A stretch of DNA of 64,000 bases. It comes from an uncultured Muribaculaceae bacterium. GTDB taxonomy: Bacteria; Bacillota_I; Bacilli_A; RF39; UBA660. Numbering within the stretch: the stretch's first letter is position 1; every line of letters begins with the position of its first letter. The notes under the pieces were generated by a model. It was not told where the DNA came from. It saw nothing but the letters and a program-made list of their open reading frames with translations, and made no database searches. Position numbers and translations under genes: made by a program. This document shows positions 49,346 through 59,389 of the stretch, one piece after another. The DNA lies in NCBI GenBank assembly GCA_964370475.1, contig CAYJJI010000001.1:50363-114362 (forward strand), written 5' to 3'.

Positions 49346-49448
49346 TTTATACCTCCTTTATAATTTTTTGAAGACTCGCCTTAAAGGTGACTTACGTACT
49401 TAAACCTTTTTAGTGCGGTTTTAAAGAAAAGCCCTTAAAACATTAAAA

Positions 49449-49477
49449 ATAATACCATATTTAATAGAACATGTCAA
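49449..49477 (-). promoter_or_regulatory. Strong sigma-A-type promoter of rplU-prp-rpmA (-35 TTGACA, 17 bp spacer, -10 TATTAT) with ~95-nt structured leader
   Basis: Minus strand reads ttgaca-tgttctattaaatatgg-tattat. The leader contains a hairpin (aaaggt...accttt) and is a candidate L21 leader. Confidence 0.5.
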
Positions 49478-49556
49478 ATATAACCATAAAAAAAGATGAT
49501 AAATCAACTTAATAACTCTAGTTTAAGAAGCAATACTATCAAGATAACTAAAATAT

Positions 49557-50303
49557 TCACTTATCAAACATATCTTTCAACACCTTCTTCTCACTTAAAC
49601 ATTTATTATTATTTTTAAAATAATAATATTTATCTTTAGATAATAAGTTTATATTTCTACCACTTAAATAAACAATTTTATTGTATTCTAAGTCATAAAT
49701 ATATCTTTCTAATAAAAATTTGTTATAAGTATACGGAAACGATTTAACGATTTCATATAACTTAAAAATTAAAAATAATACGATTATTAAATTATTAATT
49801 AATATTTTATTAAATACAGCAATAAATAAACCCAAACTAATAAGAGAAAAAATAACACTAATTTTAAAAGATAATTTATAACTAAATATCCTCTCCATTA
49901 AAAGCCTAAAAATGATACTACCATCTAAAGGCATAATTGGTAACAAATTAAACCCAATAATTACTTTATTATAAAACGTAACTACATCTTTTAAATCACT
50001 AAAAAATAAAGGAATAAAAAAAGAAAAAACAAGCTGAAATATTACACCACCCATCGCAATAATTAATTCCTTGTTGATTGAATAATTGATTAATTTAGAG
50101 ACTTTAGTTATCCCACCAAATGGATACAACTCCACATTTACAACTTCAACACCAAACAATTTACAAAAAAAGACATGACCTGCCTCATGAATAATCACAA
50201 TCATTAATATGATTAATGATTGGTAAAAAAAACCAGCTAAAAGAGAGAACAATAATAAAAAATAAACACTCGAATTTATCTTAAAGATTTTGATAATATT
50301 CAA
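49557..50303 (-). CDS. spoIVFB: Site-2 (M50) metalloprotease, SpoIVFB-like
   Basis: HEAGH zinc motif within a TM helix. Polytopic, 248 aa. Located immediately upstream of rplU as in Bacillus. Confidence 0.55.
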   Translation of the reverse strand: MNIIKIFKINSSVYFLLLFSLLAGFFYQSLIILMIVIIHEAGHVFFCKLFGVEVVNVELYPFGGITKVSKLINYSINKELIIAMGGVIFQLVFSFFIPLFFSDLKDVVTFYNKVIIGFNLLPIMPLDGSIIFRLLMERIFSYKLSFKISVIFSLISLGLFIAVFNKILINNLIIVLFLIFKLYEIVKSFPYTYNKFLLERYIYDLEYNKIVYLSGRNINLLSKDKYYYFKNNNKCLSEKKVLKDMFDK

Positions 50304-50745
50304 GGAAATCTAAAAACTTTCCGTCTTTAATTAAAACTACTATTAAATTTTCATTTATTGTCTCTCCTATTAAAGAATCACTTTCAACATAATCATACAT
50401 AGTAATACCTGATACATTAATTCCACAATACCAAATATCCACTCCATCTACACCTTGAATAATCAAAGTATTCCCATAATTCTCTTTTTCACCATTATAA
50501 ACAACTATTCCACTATTCAAAGAAGATACTAAATAATTAGCACCTACTTCTAAAGAATACCCATCAACATATGATTCAATATTCTTATATACTAGACTTT
50601 CATTAAATACTGGTTCAGTGTTAGGAGTAGGAACATTTAAATCACCAAAATACTTAGTATATAAACTATTTAACTTCCCAAAAGCCAAACTATCACTAAG
50701 TACATACTTATTATATAAAATTTCATTACTATCACTAAAATTCAC
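50281..50745 (-). CDS. Degenerate M23/LytM-domain protein, SpoIVFA-like by position
   Basis: GIVVYNGEKENYGNTLIIQGVDGVDIWYCGI resembles the LytM fold. GTG start. Precedes and overlaps spoIVFB. Confidence 0.35.
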   Translation of the reverse strand: MNFSDSNEILYNKYVLSDSLAFGKLNSLYTKYFGDLNVPTPNTEPVFNESLVYKNIESYVDGYSLEVGANYLVSSLNSGIVVYNGEKENYGNTLIIQGVDGVDIWYCGINVSGITMYDYVESDSLIGETINENLIVVLIKDGKFLDFLEYYQNL

Positions 50746-50852
50746 AAATATTAAACTCCCTAATACAAATATAACACTAATAAGTATTCTCTTAATAAGT
50801 CCATTTAAATACTTATATTCCTTTACTACATTTTTATTTTTAATTCTATTAA

Positions 50853-51242
50853 TTATTTCTTCACGTTTAATATTTCATCACCCGTTAAAATATATGTATC
50901 AAATATATATTTATAACCAAATAATAAAAAACAATTAACTAATAACGTATATCCATAATAAATTAAATCCCTACTAGTAAATAAATATACAATCCCAAAA
51001 TAAAAACTAATAATAAAAAAATTATAAAGATAATAATTATTTAATTTAATTACTTTGCTAATAAAATATATAAAACTAAATATAATAACATTAATAAATA
51101 AAGTCCCAAGTAATAAGTCAATACAAAAACTAATAATTAATACATATCTAAAATCATTATTTTTAAAATTAACTAATATTAATGAAGAAGGAATCAAAAA
51201 CCCTAAATTTAATATTAAATCAAAAATAAATAAGAAAATCAT
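50853..51242 (-). CDS. mreD: Rod shape-determining protein MreD-like (polytopic, hydrophobic)
   Basis: 129 aa, very hydrophobic, 4-nt overlap with mreC. Composition alone could be chance in AT-rich DNA, but the position after mreC supports the call. Confidence 0.35.
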   Translation of the reverse strand: MIFLFIFDLILNLGFLIPSSLILVNFKNNDFRYVLIISFCIDLLLGTLFINVIIFSFIYFISKVIKLNNYYLYNFFIISFYFGIVYLFTSRDLIYYGYTLLVNCFLLFGYKYIFDTYILTGDEILNVKK

Positions 51243-51853
51243 TTTATAACTCCAACATAATTTACATTATATAAACTAACTAAATCAATAGAACAATATC
51301 CTTCTTCTACTAAAACTACATTTCCTACCAAAATTCCTTCTAAAACATCAGTTAAACCTGAAGTATACACTTTATCACCTGCTTGTATCTCAAAATCACT
51401 AACAAAATTAGATACTCCTTCATTATTAAATTCTCCATAATTATTATTAATACTAACAGACAACTTTAAATCCTTATGACTAATTAATTTAACTATACTA
51501 CTATTCTGACTAACCTCATCTACAATTCCAAACATTCCATAAGCACTAACTACTTCATCACCAACCTCAATCGAATCATTACTACCTATATTTATCTTAA
51601 CATATTCATTAAAATTATATATTTCTCTCAAAACCACTTTACCTAATATAACATTTTTATTAACTTCACTTATTTTACTATACTCACCATATTCATTAAT
51701 AACATTTAAATATTCTTTATTTTTAAGTTCCATTATATTATTACTTAATTTATCCTTATCATGTACAAATAAAAAATGAAAAAAATAATTAACTACTAAT
51801 ATCAATAATAAACATCCAATTACATAAATAAACAACTGATATTTTTTAGTCAT
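51239..51853 (-). CDS. mreC: Rod shape-determining protein MreC
   Basis: N-terminal TM, coiled coil, C-terminal beta-domain (GDKVYTSGLTDV..GILVGNV). Start taken at MTKKYQ. Confidence 0.6.
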   Translation of the reverse strand: MTKKYQLFIYVIGCLLLILVVNYFFHFLFVHDKDKLSNNIMELKNKEYLNVINEYGEYSKISEVNKNVILGKVVLREIYNFNEYVKINIGSNDSIEVGDEVVSAYGMFGIVDEVSQNSSIVKLISHKDLKLSVSINNNYGEFNNEGVSNFVSDFEIQAGDKVYTSGLTDVLEGILVGNVVLVEEGYCSIDLVSLYNVNYVGVIK

Positions 51854-51857
51854 TAAA

Positions 51858-52517
51858 TCACCACCCATTATCATAAAAACTATAATAAGTAGTATAACCA
51901 ATTATAATATGATCTATAACCTCCAAACCTAAACTATGAGCTAAAGATCTCATTGACACAGTCACTTCCTTATCTGCTAGAGATGGTTCAACTACCCCAC
52001 TTGGATGATTATGAACTAATATAATATATAAAGCATTCTCCTTAATTGCTTCCCTTAATATATCCCTCGGATATATTAAAGAAGAGTTGATTGTTCCTTT
52101 AAAAATCATTTGCGTATTAATAATTTCTTTTCTATTATTTAAATAAATAGCATGTAATTCTTCTTGAGGTTTAAAAGCAATCTTATCAAAAAAAAGATCA
52201 TACACATCATTAGCTGATTTAATAACCAAACTCTTTTTACGTATTGATCTTCTCCCAAGTTCAAAACAAGCTACTAACTCAATAGCTTTAACTACACCTA
52301 TTCCCCTATTATTAACAAGTTCACTTATAGAAACTTTACTAAGATCAAATAAATCTCCGTATTTATTTAATAATTGATAAGTTAACTCAGATACTCCAAC
52401 ACCTTTAGTACCATTCTTTAAAATAAGAGCTAATAATTCAGAATCACTAAGAGTACTTACTCCTTTATTTAATACTTTCTCACGAGGTCTCTCATTACTT
52501 GGAATATCTCTAATCAA
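51858..52517 (-). CDS. radC: RadC-like JAB-domain protein
   Basis: HhH N-terminus and JAMM motif HNHPSG...D. Confidence 0.75.
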   Translation of the reverse strand: MIRDIPSNERPREKVLNKGVSTLSDSELLALILKNGTKGVGVSELTYQLLNKYGDLFDLSKVSISELVNNRGIGVVKAIELVACFELGRRSIRKKSLVIKSANDVYDLFFDKIAFKPQEELHAIYLNNRKEIINTQMIFKGTINSSLIYPRDILREAIKENALYIILVHNHPSGVVEPSLADKEVTVSMRSLAHSLGLEVIDHIIIGYTTYYSFYDNGW

Positions 52518-52981
52518 ATAACTACATCCTTATATTCACTAAGTATATATCCATTAACTTCAAAAAAATTGATATCTTCACTTATTAATAAATCCTCTTC
52601 ATATGAAGTTAATACATTTAAAAACATATCATCAACTTTTATTTTTTTAACATAAAAAGAAATACCATTATCAGCACAAAAAGCTCGATACTCATCAACT
52701 AACTCTTCATTATTAAATATAGCTATATAAACTCTATACATCTCATCAAATACTACAATACTACCTTCATAAGATCTACTCAAATCAACAGCATTATTAT
52801 AATCATTAAACACGCCTATTTGAAAAGCATTAACAATATTATTATTACTTACAAGTCCATAAGCTTCATTCTTATTACGAAAAAATATAACTACCGAAAA
52901 AATTCCTCCAACAACTATTGCTAAAAAAACTATCATTAAATTCTTTTTCATATTATCACCAATTCCATCATAAACTATCAA
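52514..52981 (-). CDS. Membrane-anchored SPOR-domain-like protein
   Basis: N-terminal TM. C-terminal FQIGVFNDYNNAVDL...YRVYIAIF resembles SPOR repeats. Confidence 0.3.
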   Translation of the reverse strand: MIVYDGIGDNMKKNLMIVFLAIVVGGIFSVVIFFRNKNEAYGLVSNNNIVNAFQIGVFNDYNNAVDLSRSYEGSIVVFDEMYRVYIAIFNNEELVDEYRAFCADNGISFYVKKIKVDDMFLNVLTSYEEDLLISEDINFFEVNGYILSEYKDVVI

Positions 52982-53083
52982 ACATAAAATAAATGTCGAT
53001 AATTATATATTAATTAAATAAATATAAATTCCTTTAAATTTAAAACATATTATAAACAAACAACCAAGAAAAAGCAAATAACA

Positions 53084-53111
53084 TAAAAAAAGACGAATAA
53101 TCGTCTTTTAT
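53084..53111. terminator. Bidirectional hairpin terminator (aagacga-ataa-tcgtctt with A7/T4 flanks)
   Basis: Lies directly downstream of the 53114..55768 gene. Confidence 0.5.
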
Positions 53112-53113
53112 AA

Positions 53114-55768
53114 TTAAGAAATTACTCCCTCTATAAATATCGGTGATGAAGTAACATCTAACCTAACAGTTCCATTATCAACAGAAACAGATTTAGAATT
53201 AGAATATATATCAGTAACTGTTACAGATGTACTACTATAATTTAATGATATTGTAGTATTTGTAAACGTTGACCAAGCAACGATTACACTTTCATTACTA
53301 TTCTTCTTTCTAAATTTTACACCTATTAAATTAGGATAAGTACTAGTATTAGGTTCATATAAAAATTCAACAAACTCTAAATCAGATAATTGATTAGATA
53401 CTGTATTATAAGATAAGAATGGTAACTTAGCAGCAAGAGGAGTTAAATAATCATCCCAACTTCTAAGTAATCCAAAATTATGTTCTTCATAAGAACTATT
53501 ACTTCCATCATTAATTAAATCATACCAAAATATCTTATCTACTCCAGCAGCAGTACCTAAAACATAAGTTCTAGCCAAATATTCAGCAGACTGCCTTTCA
53601 GTAGCACTATACTGCTTATCAGTAACTGGCCATCCTATTTCAGTAACCCATATTGGTAAGACAGCTCCATAATCACTCATAATATTTCTTAACTCATTAA
53701 TTGATTTATAAAAAGTTCCATACTCCGGTACTGTAGAATAAGGATGGTATGATACCGCATCCATATAATTAAGAGCACCAGCTTCTAAAACATCCCTAAA
53801 CCATGTCTCAGGAACCTCACCGTTCTCCAGTGCCATAGCTCCACCAATAACAGTAGCGTCAGGAATAATGCTCTTAATAGTAGTATAAGCTACTTCTAAA
53901 AGCTCTACATAATCCTCAGGAGGTCTATTAGTAGTATTAAACCAAGATAAGTTATATTCATTCCAAATTTCAAAATGACTAACTCTACCTTTAAAATGAG
54001 TAACAACTTCAGTTATATAAGCTTCAAAAGCAGCTAAACCTTCAACAGAATAAGGAGGTCCCCCATCATCATAAAAAGAATTACCAAAAGCTAATATTAA
54101 TAATGGCTCAATTCCATCATTAACAGCCGCATTAATATATTCATCAGTAATAGCAGGAATTTCAAGAACTCCTTTTACTTTTTCTACTTCACTCCATCTA
54201 ACTTCATCTCTTATCCAACCAGTATTTGATACATCTTGAAGATAAGACTTATCATCTACACTTTGATAAAACCACGGAAGTCCATAATGAGTACAAACTC
54301 CAAAAATACTATCTTCATTATGAGTATCATCATAAAAAGGCATTACACTAAATAAAGAAGAATCTAACTCTCCATCACTACCCTTAATATCAAACTTAAT
54401 TTCATAAGAGCTATTTTTATCAATTTCAGTAGAAATTGTAAAGTTCTGCGTAGCACTAGTTTTCATATCAATTTCTTCACTACTAGTATATATAATTTCA
54501 TCAGTAGATAAATCCACTATCGAATAATTTAATTTACCATCAGTAGGAACAATTTCCATTTTTTTAACACTTTGAACAGAAACATTTCTAACACTTAAAG
54601 TTTGCGGAAAAGCATATTCTCTACCAGTAACAGTATTATTAATAGCAAAATCATATCCATATAAAGCATTAGTAAAAGCAGTATTTTCCAAAATAAATGT
54701 AATAGACTTCCACTCCATAGTATTTTGTAAAACAATCGCCTCACTCGCTCTATTATTATCTTGATTAACCTCTAAATCTAAACTAACAACACCATTAGTT
54801 AAAGAATTAGCATCAATTATATTACCAACACCACTAGTAGTAGCACTAGCTTTATAAAGTAAAGAATTATAAAGAATATTAAAACTTCCCGTACCAGAAT
54901 CTAAATATTCAACAGTTACCTCTACCTCAGAATGATCTTCTAAAACATAATCAGAAGATACATCAAATAACATATAATGTATTCCAGTAGCAGGATTCAT
55001 TACCCAAGGATCACTATCATTTTTAGATATAGGAACAACAGTATAATCCAGCATCGCATAATTAACTTTATCCATTCCAACAAACGTTGTTTGATCACCA
55101 TCTACAGATGAATTAGCAACACTTCCAACTATGTCAATCTGATTATAACTACTGCCTTGTAATAAAAATTTAGCATTCAATGATTTTGAAGCATTAGCAA
55201 CTTGATCACCTTCTACATCCAAATAAACTAGTTCAGCAATCCAATTATGAGTAGTATTATTTTTACCACTAATTACATAATCACTTGCTACTTCAACAAG
55301 CCCAGAAAAAGTAGTTATATCATAACCAACACTCTCTCCATAACTAACTTGAGTAAGTCCTTCTAAAATAACCCTACTTCCATTATTATCATAAATATTT
55401 AAAACCACTTCAGCTGCCTTAGAAGCAGTAGTATATGTAAATTGATTCTCCATCACATAAAAATAAACATTATACTCCTCAGTCGCACTAGCAACCTCAG
55501 AACCAAGAGCCAACGAAACACTAGCACTAATATTATCTTTAATACTATATCCATTATCACCTTGATTATCTTGATCAACTTTAAAATTAATTTCTTCTCT
55601 ATTACTAAAAATCAAATTAACACCTTGAGTACTACTAATTAAAGTATTACTAAGTATAGAAATAGAATAAGAAATATTAAAATAAACACAAGGTATAGCA
55701 ATTAATATTGTCAACAATATACATGCTATACCTGCAAATCTTTTCTCATTATATTTATTGAAGTTCAT
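53114..55768 (-). CDS. Large secreted glycoside hydrolase (clan GH-A TIM-barrel, GH5/GH39-like) with N-terminal beta-sandwich modules
   Basis: Signal anchor. FEIWNEYN (acid/base NEP-type) and WVTEIGW (nucleophile TE.G) motifs. 884 aa. Confidence 0.45.
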   Translation of the reverse strand: MNFNKYNEKRFAGIACILLTILIAIPCVYFNISYSISILSNTLISSTQGVNLIFSNREEINFKVDQDNQGDNGYSIKDNISASVSLALGSEVASATEEYNVYFYVMENQFTYTTASKAAEVVLNIYDNNGSRVILEGLTQVSYGESVGYDITTFSGLVEVASDYVISGKNNTTHNWIAELVYLDVEGDQVANASKSLNAKFLLQGSSYNQIDIVGSVANSSVDGDQTTFVGMDKVNYAMLDYTVVPISKNDSDPWVMNPATGIHYMLFDVSSDYVLEDHSEVEVTVEYLDSGTGSFNILYNSLLYKASATTSGVGNIIDANSLTNGVVSLDLEVNQDNNRASEAIVLQNTMEWKSITFILENTAFTNALYGYDFAINNTVTGREYAFPQTLSVRNVSVQSVKKMEIVPTDGKLNYSIVDLSTDEIIYTSSEEIDMKTSATQNFTISTEIDKNSSYEIKFDIKGSDGELDSSLFSVMPFYDDTHNEDSIFGVCTHYGLPWFYQSVDDKSYLQDVSNTGWIRDEVRWSEVEKVKGVLEIPAITDEYINAAVNDGIEPLLILAFGNSFYDDGGPPYSVEGLAAFEAYITEVVTHFKGRVSHFEIWNEYNLSWFNTTNRPPEDYVELLEVAYTTIKSIIPDATVIGGAMALENGEVPETWFRDVLEAGALNYMDAVSYHPYSTVPEYGTFYKSINELRNIMSDYGAVLPIWVTEIGWPVTDKQYSATERQSAEYLARTYVLGTAAGVDKIFWYDLINDGSNSSYEEHNFGLLRSWDDYLTPLAAKLPFLSYNTVSNQLSDLEFVEFLYEPNTSTYPNLIGVKFRKKNSNESVIVAWSTFTNTTISLNYSSTSVTVTDIYSNSKSVSVDNGTVRLDVTSSPIFIEGVIS

Positions 55769-55822
55769 ATCATCACCTACTATAAAACTTTACCACATAT
55801 TAGCTCATATTTCAACCAACCA

Positions 55823-55851
55823 CAAAAAAAAGAAATGATTTATCATTTCTA
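55823..55851 (-). terminator. Rho-independent terminator (agaaatgat-tt-atcatttct plus T-run on minus strand)
   Basis: Downstream of the thioredoxin-like gene. Confidence 0.45.
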
Positions 55852-55853
55852 AA

Positions 55854-56366
55854 TTACTCTACGCTTAAAAACCAATCTTTTAAGGTCTCTTCAGTTTCAA
55901 CACCAATTAAACCACTATCAACAGTTTCACCATCAATTTTCAATAACGTCGGAACCGTTTCAATAGAAAATCTATTACCTAACGCTTCTTTATGAATATC
56001 ATCAAGTAAATTACTTTCAATATAATATATTTCTCTATCTAACTCAGTTAACACTATATCTAATGACATCTTAAGCTGCGCACAATAAAAACAAGTAGTA
56101 CTACTAATTAAGACATAAACACTATCATCACTAGGTAACATAGCATCTAATTCCTTATAGTCTATTCTATTTAAAGTATCATAATTCTCAGACTCATACT
56201 CCAATTCATCTATATCTTCTCCAGTTATTATTGAACCACTTTCACTTTCATAACCATCATATTTACTAGCATATTTATTATATTCTACTATTCCATAAGT
56301 AATACTACTAATTAATAAAACTAAACCTATTACATATAAAATAATACTAAATTTACTTTTTTTCAT
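55854..56366 (-). CDS. Membrane-anchored thioredoxin-family thiol-disulfide oxidoreductase
   Basis: N-terminal TM, CFYC active site (TTCFYCAQL). 170 aa. Confidence 0.5.
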   Translation of the reverse strand: MKKSKFSIILYVIGLVLLISSITYGIVEYNKYASKYDGYESESGSIITGEDIDELEYESENYDTLNRIDYKELDAMLPSDDSVYVLISSTTCFYCAQLKMSLDIVLTELDREIYYIESNLLDDIHKEALGNRFSIETVPTLLKIDGETVDSGLIGVETEETLKDWFLSVE

Positions 56367-56368
56367 CT

Positions 56369-58060
56369 TTACTCCTCATTCATTTGATAATACGAAATTA
56401 ATGTATCTCCCATATTATAAGCTATTTTCTTTTTATTTTCCACAACCCATAATGCATCTTCATAATAATCATGAAAAGCAATTTCAATCAATATTCCAAA
56501 CTTAATATTAGCCTTATTTACTTCTCCTAAAGACCCTTCTGCATACTTAACACCCCTATCAGTATAAACACTTTGATAAGGATATATATCATACAAATTA
56601 TCATACATTAATCTAGCAATACTAAGTGCAGGTGATAATTCCTCATGGACAAATATTTCCATTCCCTGAACATCATGATTAGTACTTCCATTAGTATGAA
56701 TAGCTAAATGTAAATCACTTCCAACATTTCTACTTTCATTCAACCATACACTCATATCAGCATTAGGATTATTTCTATATACTATAAATCCATTATCAAT
56801 CAAATAATCTTCCAAATAATCCGTTATTTCATGAGTAATTAACATTTCATTATAATATCCAACTTCCTTAACGCCAAGGTTTCCATATTGATTACTAGGA
56901 CTTAAATATATAACAGGTTTATCACTACCAACAGAAATATCATAAGTACTAATAACACTATTAATATAATTTTTCTTATAAGCAACAGTTTTCAAAACCA
57001 TTCCATCATTTACTAATATAGGACTTTCATATATTTTACCATCAATTGGATTAGTTCCATCAACACTATAATAAATAGTTGCATCTTCAGTATGCGTATC
57101 TAAACTAATTAAAGTTCCATCATCAATATTGGTATAATCATAATTAATAGTAACTGGTAAGACTTCTAGTTTCTCTCCTATATTAAGCGAAATACGATCA
57201 GTCTTAGAAAGTTCTGCCATATCCATATATTGAGCTACTAACTCTAATTCATAACTAGTATTAGGATTAAAATAACTACTAGGAATTAAAACTTTACCAT
57301 TAACTCCCTCAACACTACCAACTAATTTATTACTCTCATAAATATATACTTTATAACTAGTAGCATTCTCACCACCATAATATTTCACTAAGATATCATC
57401 ATAATAAAAAGTATCATTATCTCCAGGACTCAATATTACAACGTCATCAACTAATAAAGGATCAATATATAAGTTATGAGAATCAACGACAACATTCTTC
57501 GAATTTTCTATCATCGCAATAACTCTACCCTTATAACCATCAACCACACTATAGTCAATACTTATAGTATCATCATCAATATTCTCTTTAAAAATAGTAA
57601 TATTATTGTGCATTAAATGCAAATGATATTCATCATTATTACCAAGAAAATCAAGTTCTATTTCATGGTTCTCTAAAATAACATTTTCACTTGATTCATC
57701 AAAAGAAATTCTATCATTAACATAACTAAATATTTCACTACTTAGCTCAATATCTTCGTTATAACCAACTACTTTTATATAAATTTCTTGCTCATAATCA
57801 AGCATTAATTTACTAATGTCTATTCTATTAGTATCACTAATATTTTCATATAACAAATTATTATATTCATCATGTATAAATACCTGATAGTTACTAATTT
57901 TATCATTAAGATTAGTAACTACAGTCAACTTACCATCTAACTCCTCAACAAACAAAATTTCTACATTAGAAACTTTAGAACTATAAGATATTCCTCTTAC
58001 AATCAAAAAAGAAGATAATAAAACTATCATTACTAAACAATATATAATCTTCTTTTTCAT
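56369..58060 (-). CDS. Secreted cell-wall hydrolase candidate: CHB_HEX_C-like domain plus C-terminal Amidase_3-like (N-acetylmuramoyl-L-alanine amidase) domain
   Basis: IYYSVDGTNPIDGKIYESPIL (chitobiase/hexosaminidase C-like). C-terminal DLHLAIHTNGSTNHDVQGMEIFV resembles the Amidase_3 core. Confidence 0.4.
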   Translation of the reverse strand: MKKKIIYCLVMIVLLSSFLIVRGISYSSKVSNVEILFVEELDGKLTVVTNLNDKISNYQVFIHDEYNNLLYENISDTNRIDISKLMLDYEQEIYIKVVGYNEDIELSSEIFSYVNDRISFDESSENVILENHEIELDFLGNNDEYHLHLMHNNITIFKENIDDDTISIDYSVVDGYKGRVIAMIENSKNVVVDSHNLYIDPLLVDDVVILSPGDNDTFYYDDILVKYYGGENATSYKVYIYESNKLVGSVEGVNGKVLIPSSYFNPNTSYELELVAQYMDMAELSKTDRISLNIGEKLEVLPVTINYDYTNIDDGTLISLDTHTEDATIYYSVDGTNPIDGKIYESPILVNDGMVLKTVAYKKNYINSVISTYDISVGSDKPVIYLSPSNQYGNLGVKEVGYYNEMLITHEITDYLEDYLIDNGFIVYRNNPNADMSVWLNESRNVGSDLHLAIHTNGSTNHDVQGMEIFVHEELSPALSIARLMYDNLYDIYPYQSVYTDRGVKYAEGSLGEVNKANIKFGILIEIAFHDYYEDALWVVENKKKIAYNMGDTLISYYQMNEE

Positions 58061-58072
58061 TTACTTCACTTC

Positions 58073-59389
58073 CTAATCTTTTTGCTTTATTGATTTAAAA
58101 ATTTTCTTCCATAAATCCTTAGAACTATAATTTAATATTCCTACTTTATACACTCTAATTCCATATTTAAATAATAAATAACAAGTTCCTATTAACAATA
58201 AATTAGATATTATTAAATCTATAATCGTAGTTTGATCTAATAAATATATAATAGGTGCTACTAAAGCAGATATAAATGGTATATAAGATATTACCTTAAT
58301 AAAGATTGCCCCATCAAATACCGAAGCCATAATTCCTATATAATATCCTGCTAACAAGATAAACATTAAAGGAGCTTGTAATTGTTGGTAATCTTCAATA
58401 CTAGTAGTCATCGATGCTAAAATACCCGCCAAAAGCGCATAAGCAAAAAAACTAATTACTAATAATATAACTATAAAAGGTAATGCTACTAATAAAGAAT
58501 CTAATACTCCACTAGAACTTAAACTATCAAACATTGAAGATGTATCAATTCCTATACTAGATCCATCACTTATAAACCCTCTAGATATATAACCAAGACC
58601 ACTATATATAAATAACAATCCCGATTGAATAATAACAAACCCCGTAGATGAAACTATCTTAGTTAAAAAATGTATTTTAGGAGGAACATTAGATATAATA
58701 ATTTCCATCCCTCTAGTAGTTTTCTCATCATTAATTTCTGCACCAATCATTTGCACTAATAAAACTACTAACACAAAGAAAGGAATCAAAAATACAATTA
58801 ATAATCCACTAGATAATATATCTTTAGCCTCAGCAAACTCATCCAATTCTGGATTAACAAACTCTTCATTAACAACAATTGGATTTAAAACACTAGCTAA
58901 CTCATCTGGTGATATAGTACTATTTAAAAGTGCATATTCACTCTTAACATTATTAAGAGCAGCATTATATAATTGCATAGTAACTACATCAAGTGGATCA
59001 TAACTAGTTATATCAGCTTCCACAAAATTATCTTCACTTAAATTAATTTCAATAATTGTAAAATCAGTTTCCTCTTCCAAATCTTTTTTTAAAGATTCAA
59101 TACTATCTTCACTATTAATTATTTTATAATCTTTTAAATCTAAAGCAGTTTCATTTACTAATTTCAAATTACTTTCAAAACTATCATAAACTCCAACATT
59201 ATCAACTACATAAACAACAGTTTCTTCAGTAAAATCTCCACCAAATGATTTAATAATAGTATCAATATTAAAAGCCGCAACAACTAAAACTAATAACAAA
59301 ATATTAACAGCCTTAAACCATTTAGTTCCAATCTTTTTATTTAAACTTTGTTTAATTAAAAACTTTATTTTATTTTTCATAAGATTCAC
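58073..59389 (-). CDS. ABC-2 type transporter permease with large extracytoplasmic loop
   Basis: N-terminal TM, ~170-aa loop, then 5 C-terminal TMs. 20-nt overlap with the ATPase gene. Confidence 0.5.
   Translation of the reverse strand: MNLMKNKIKFLIKQSLNKKIGTKWFKAVNILLLVLVVAAFNIDTIIKSFGGDFTEETVVYVVDNVGVYDSFESNLKLVNETALDLKDYKIINSEDSIESLKKDLEEETDFTIIEINLSEDNFVEADITSYDPLDVVTMQLYNAALNNVKSEYALLNSTISPDELASVLNPIVVNEEFVNPELDEFAEAKDILSSGLLIVFLIPFFVLVVLLVQMIGAEINDEKTTRGMEIIISNVPPKIHFLTKIVSSTGFVIIQSGLLFIYSGLGYISRGFISDGSSIGIDTSSMFDSLSSSGVLDSLLVALPFIVILLVISFFAYALLAGILASMTTSIEDYQQLQAPLMFILLAGYYIGIMASVFDGAIFIKVISYIPFISALVAPIIYLLDQTTIIDLIISNLLLIGTCYLLFKYGIRVYKVGILNYSSKDLWKKIFKSIKQKD

Noticed and set aside
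50853-51242. Hydrophobic 129-aa minus-strand ORF initially suspected to be a chance AT-rich frame
   Set aside because: Kept as MreD-like rather than rejected. It overlaps mreC by 4 nt in the canonical mreC-mreD arrangement. Confidence stays low because the composition alone is uninformative.
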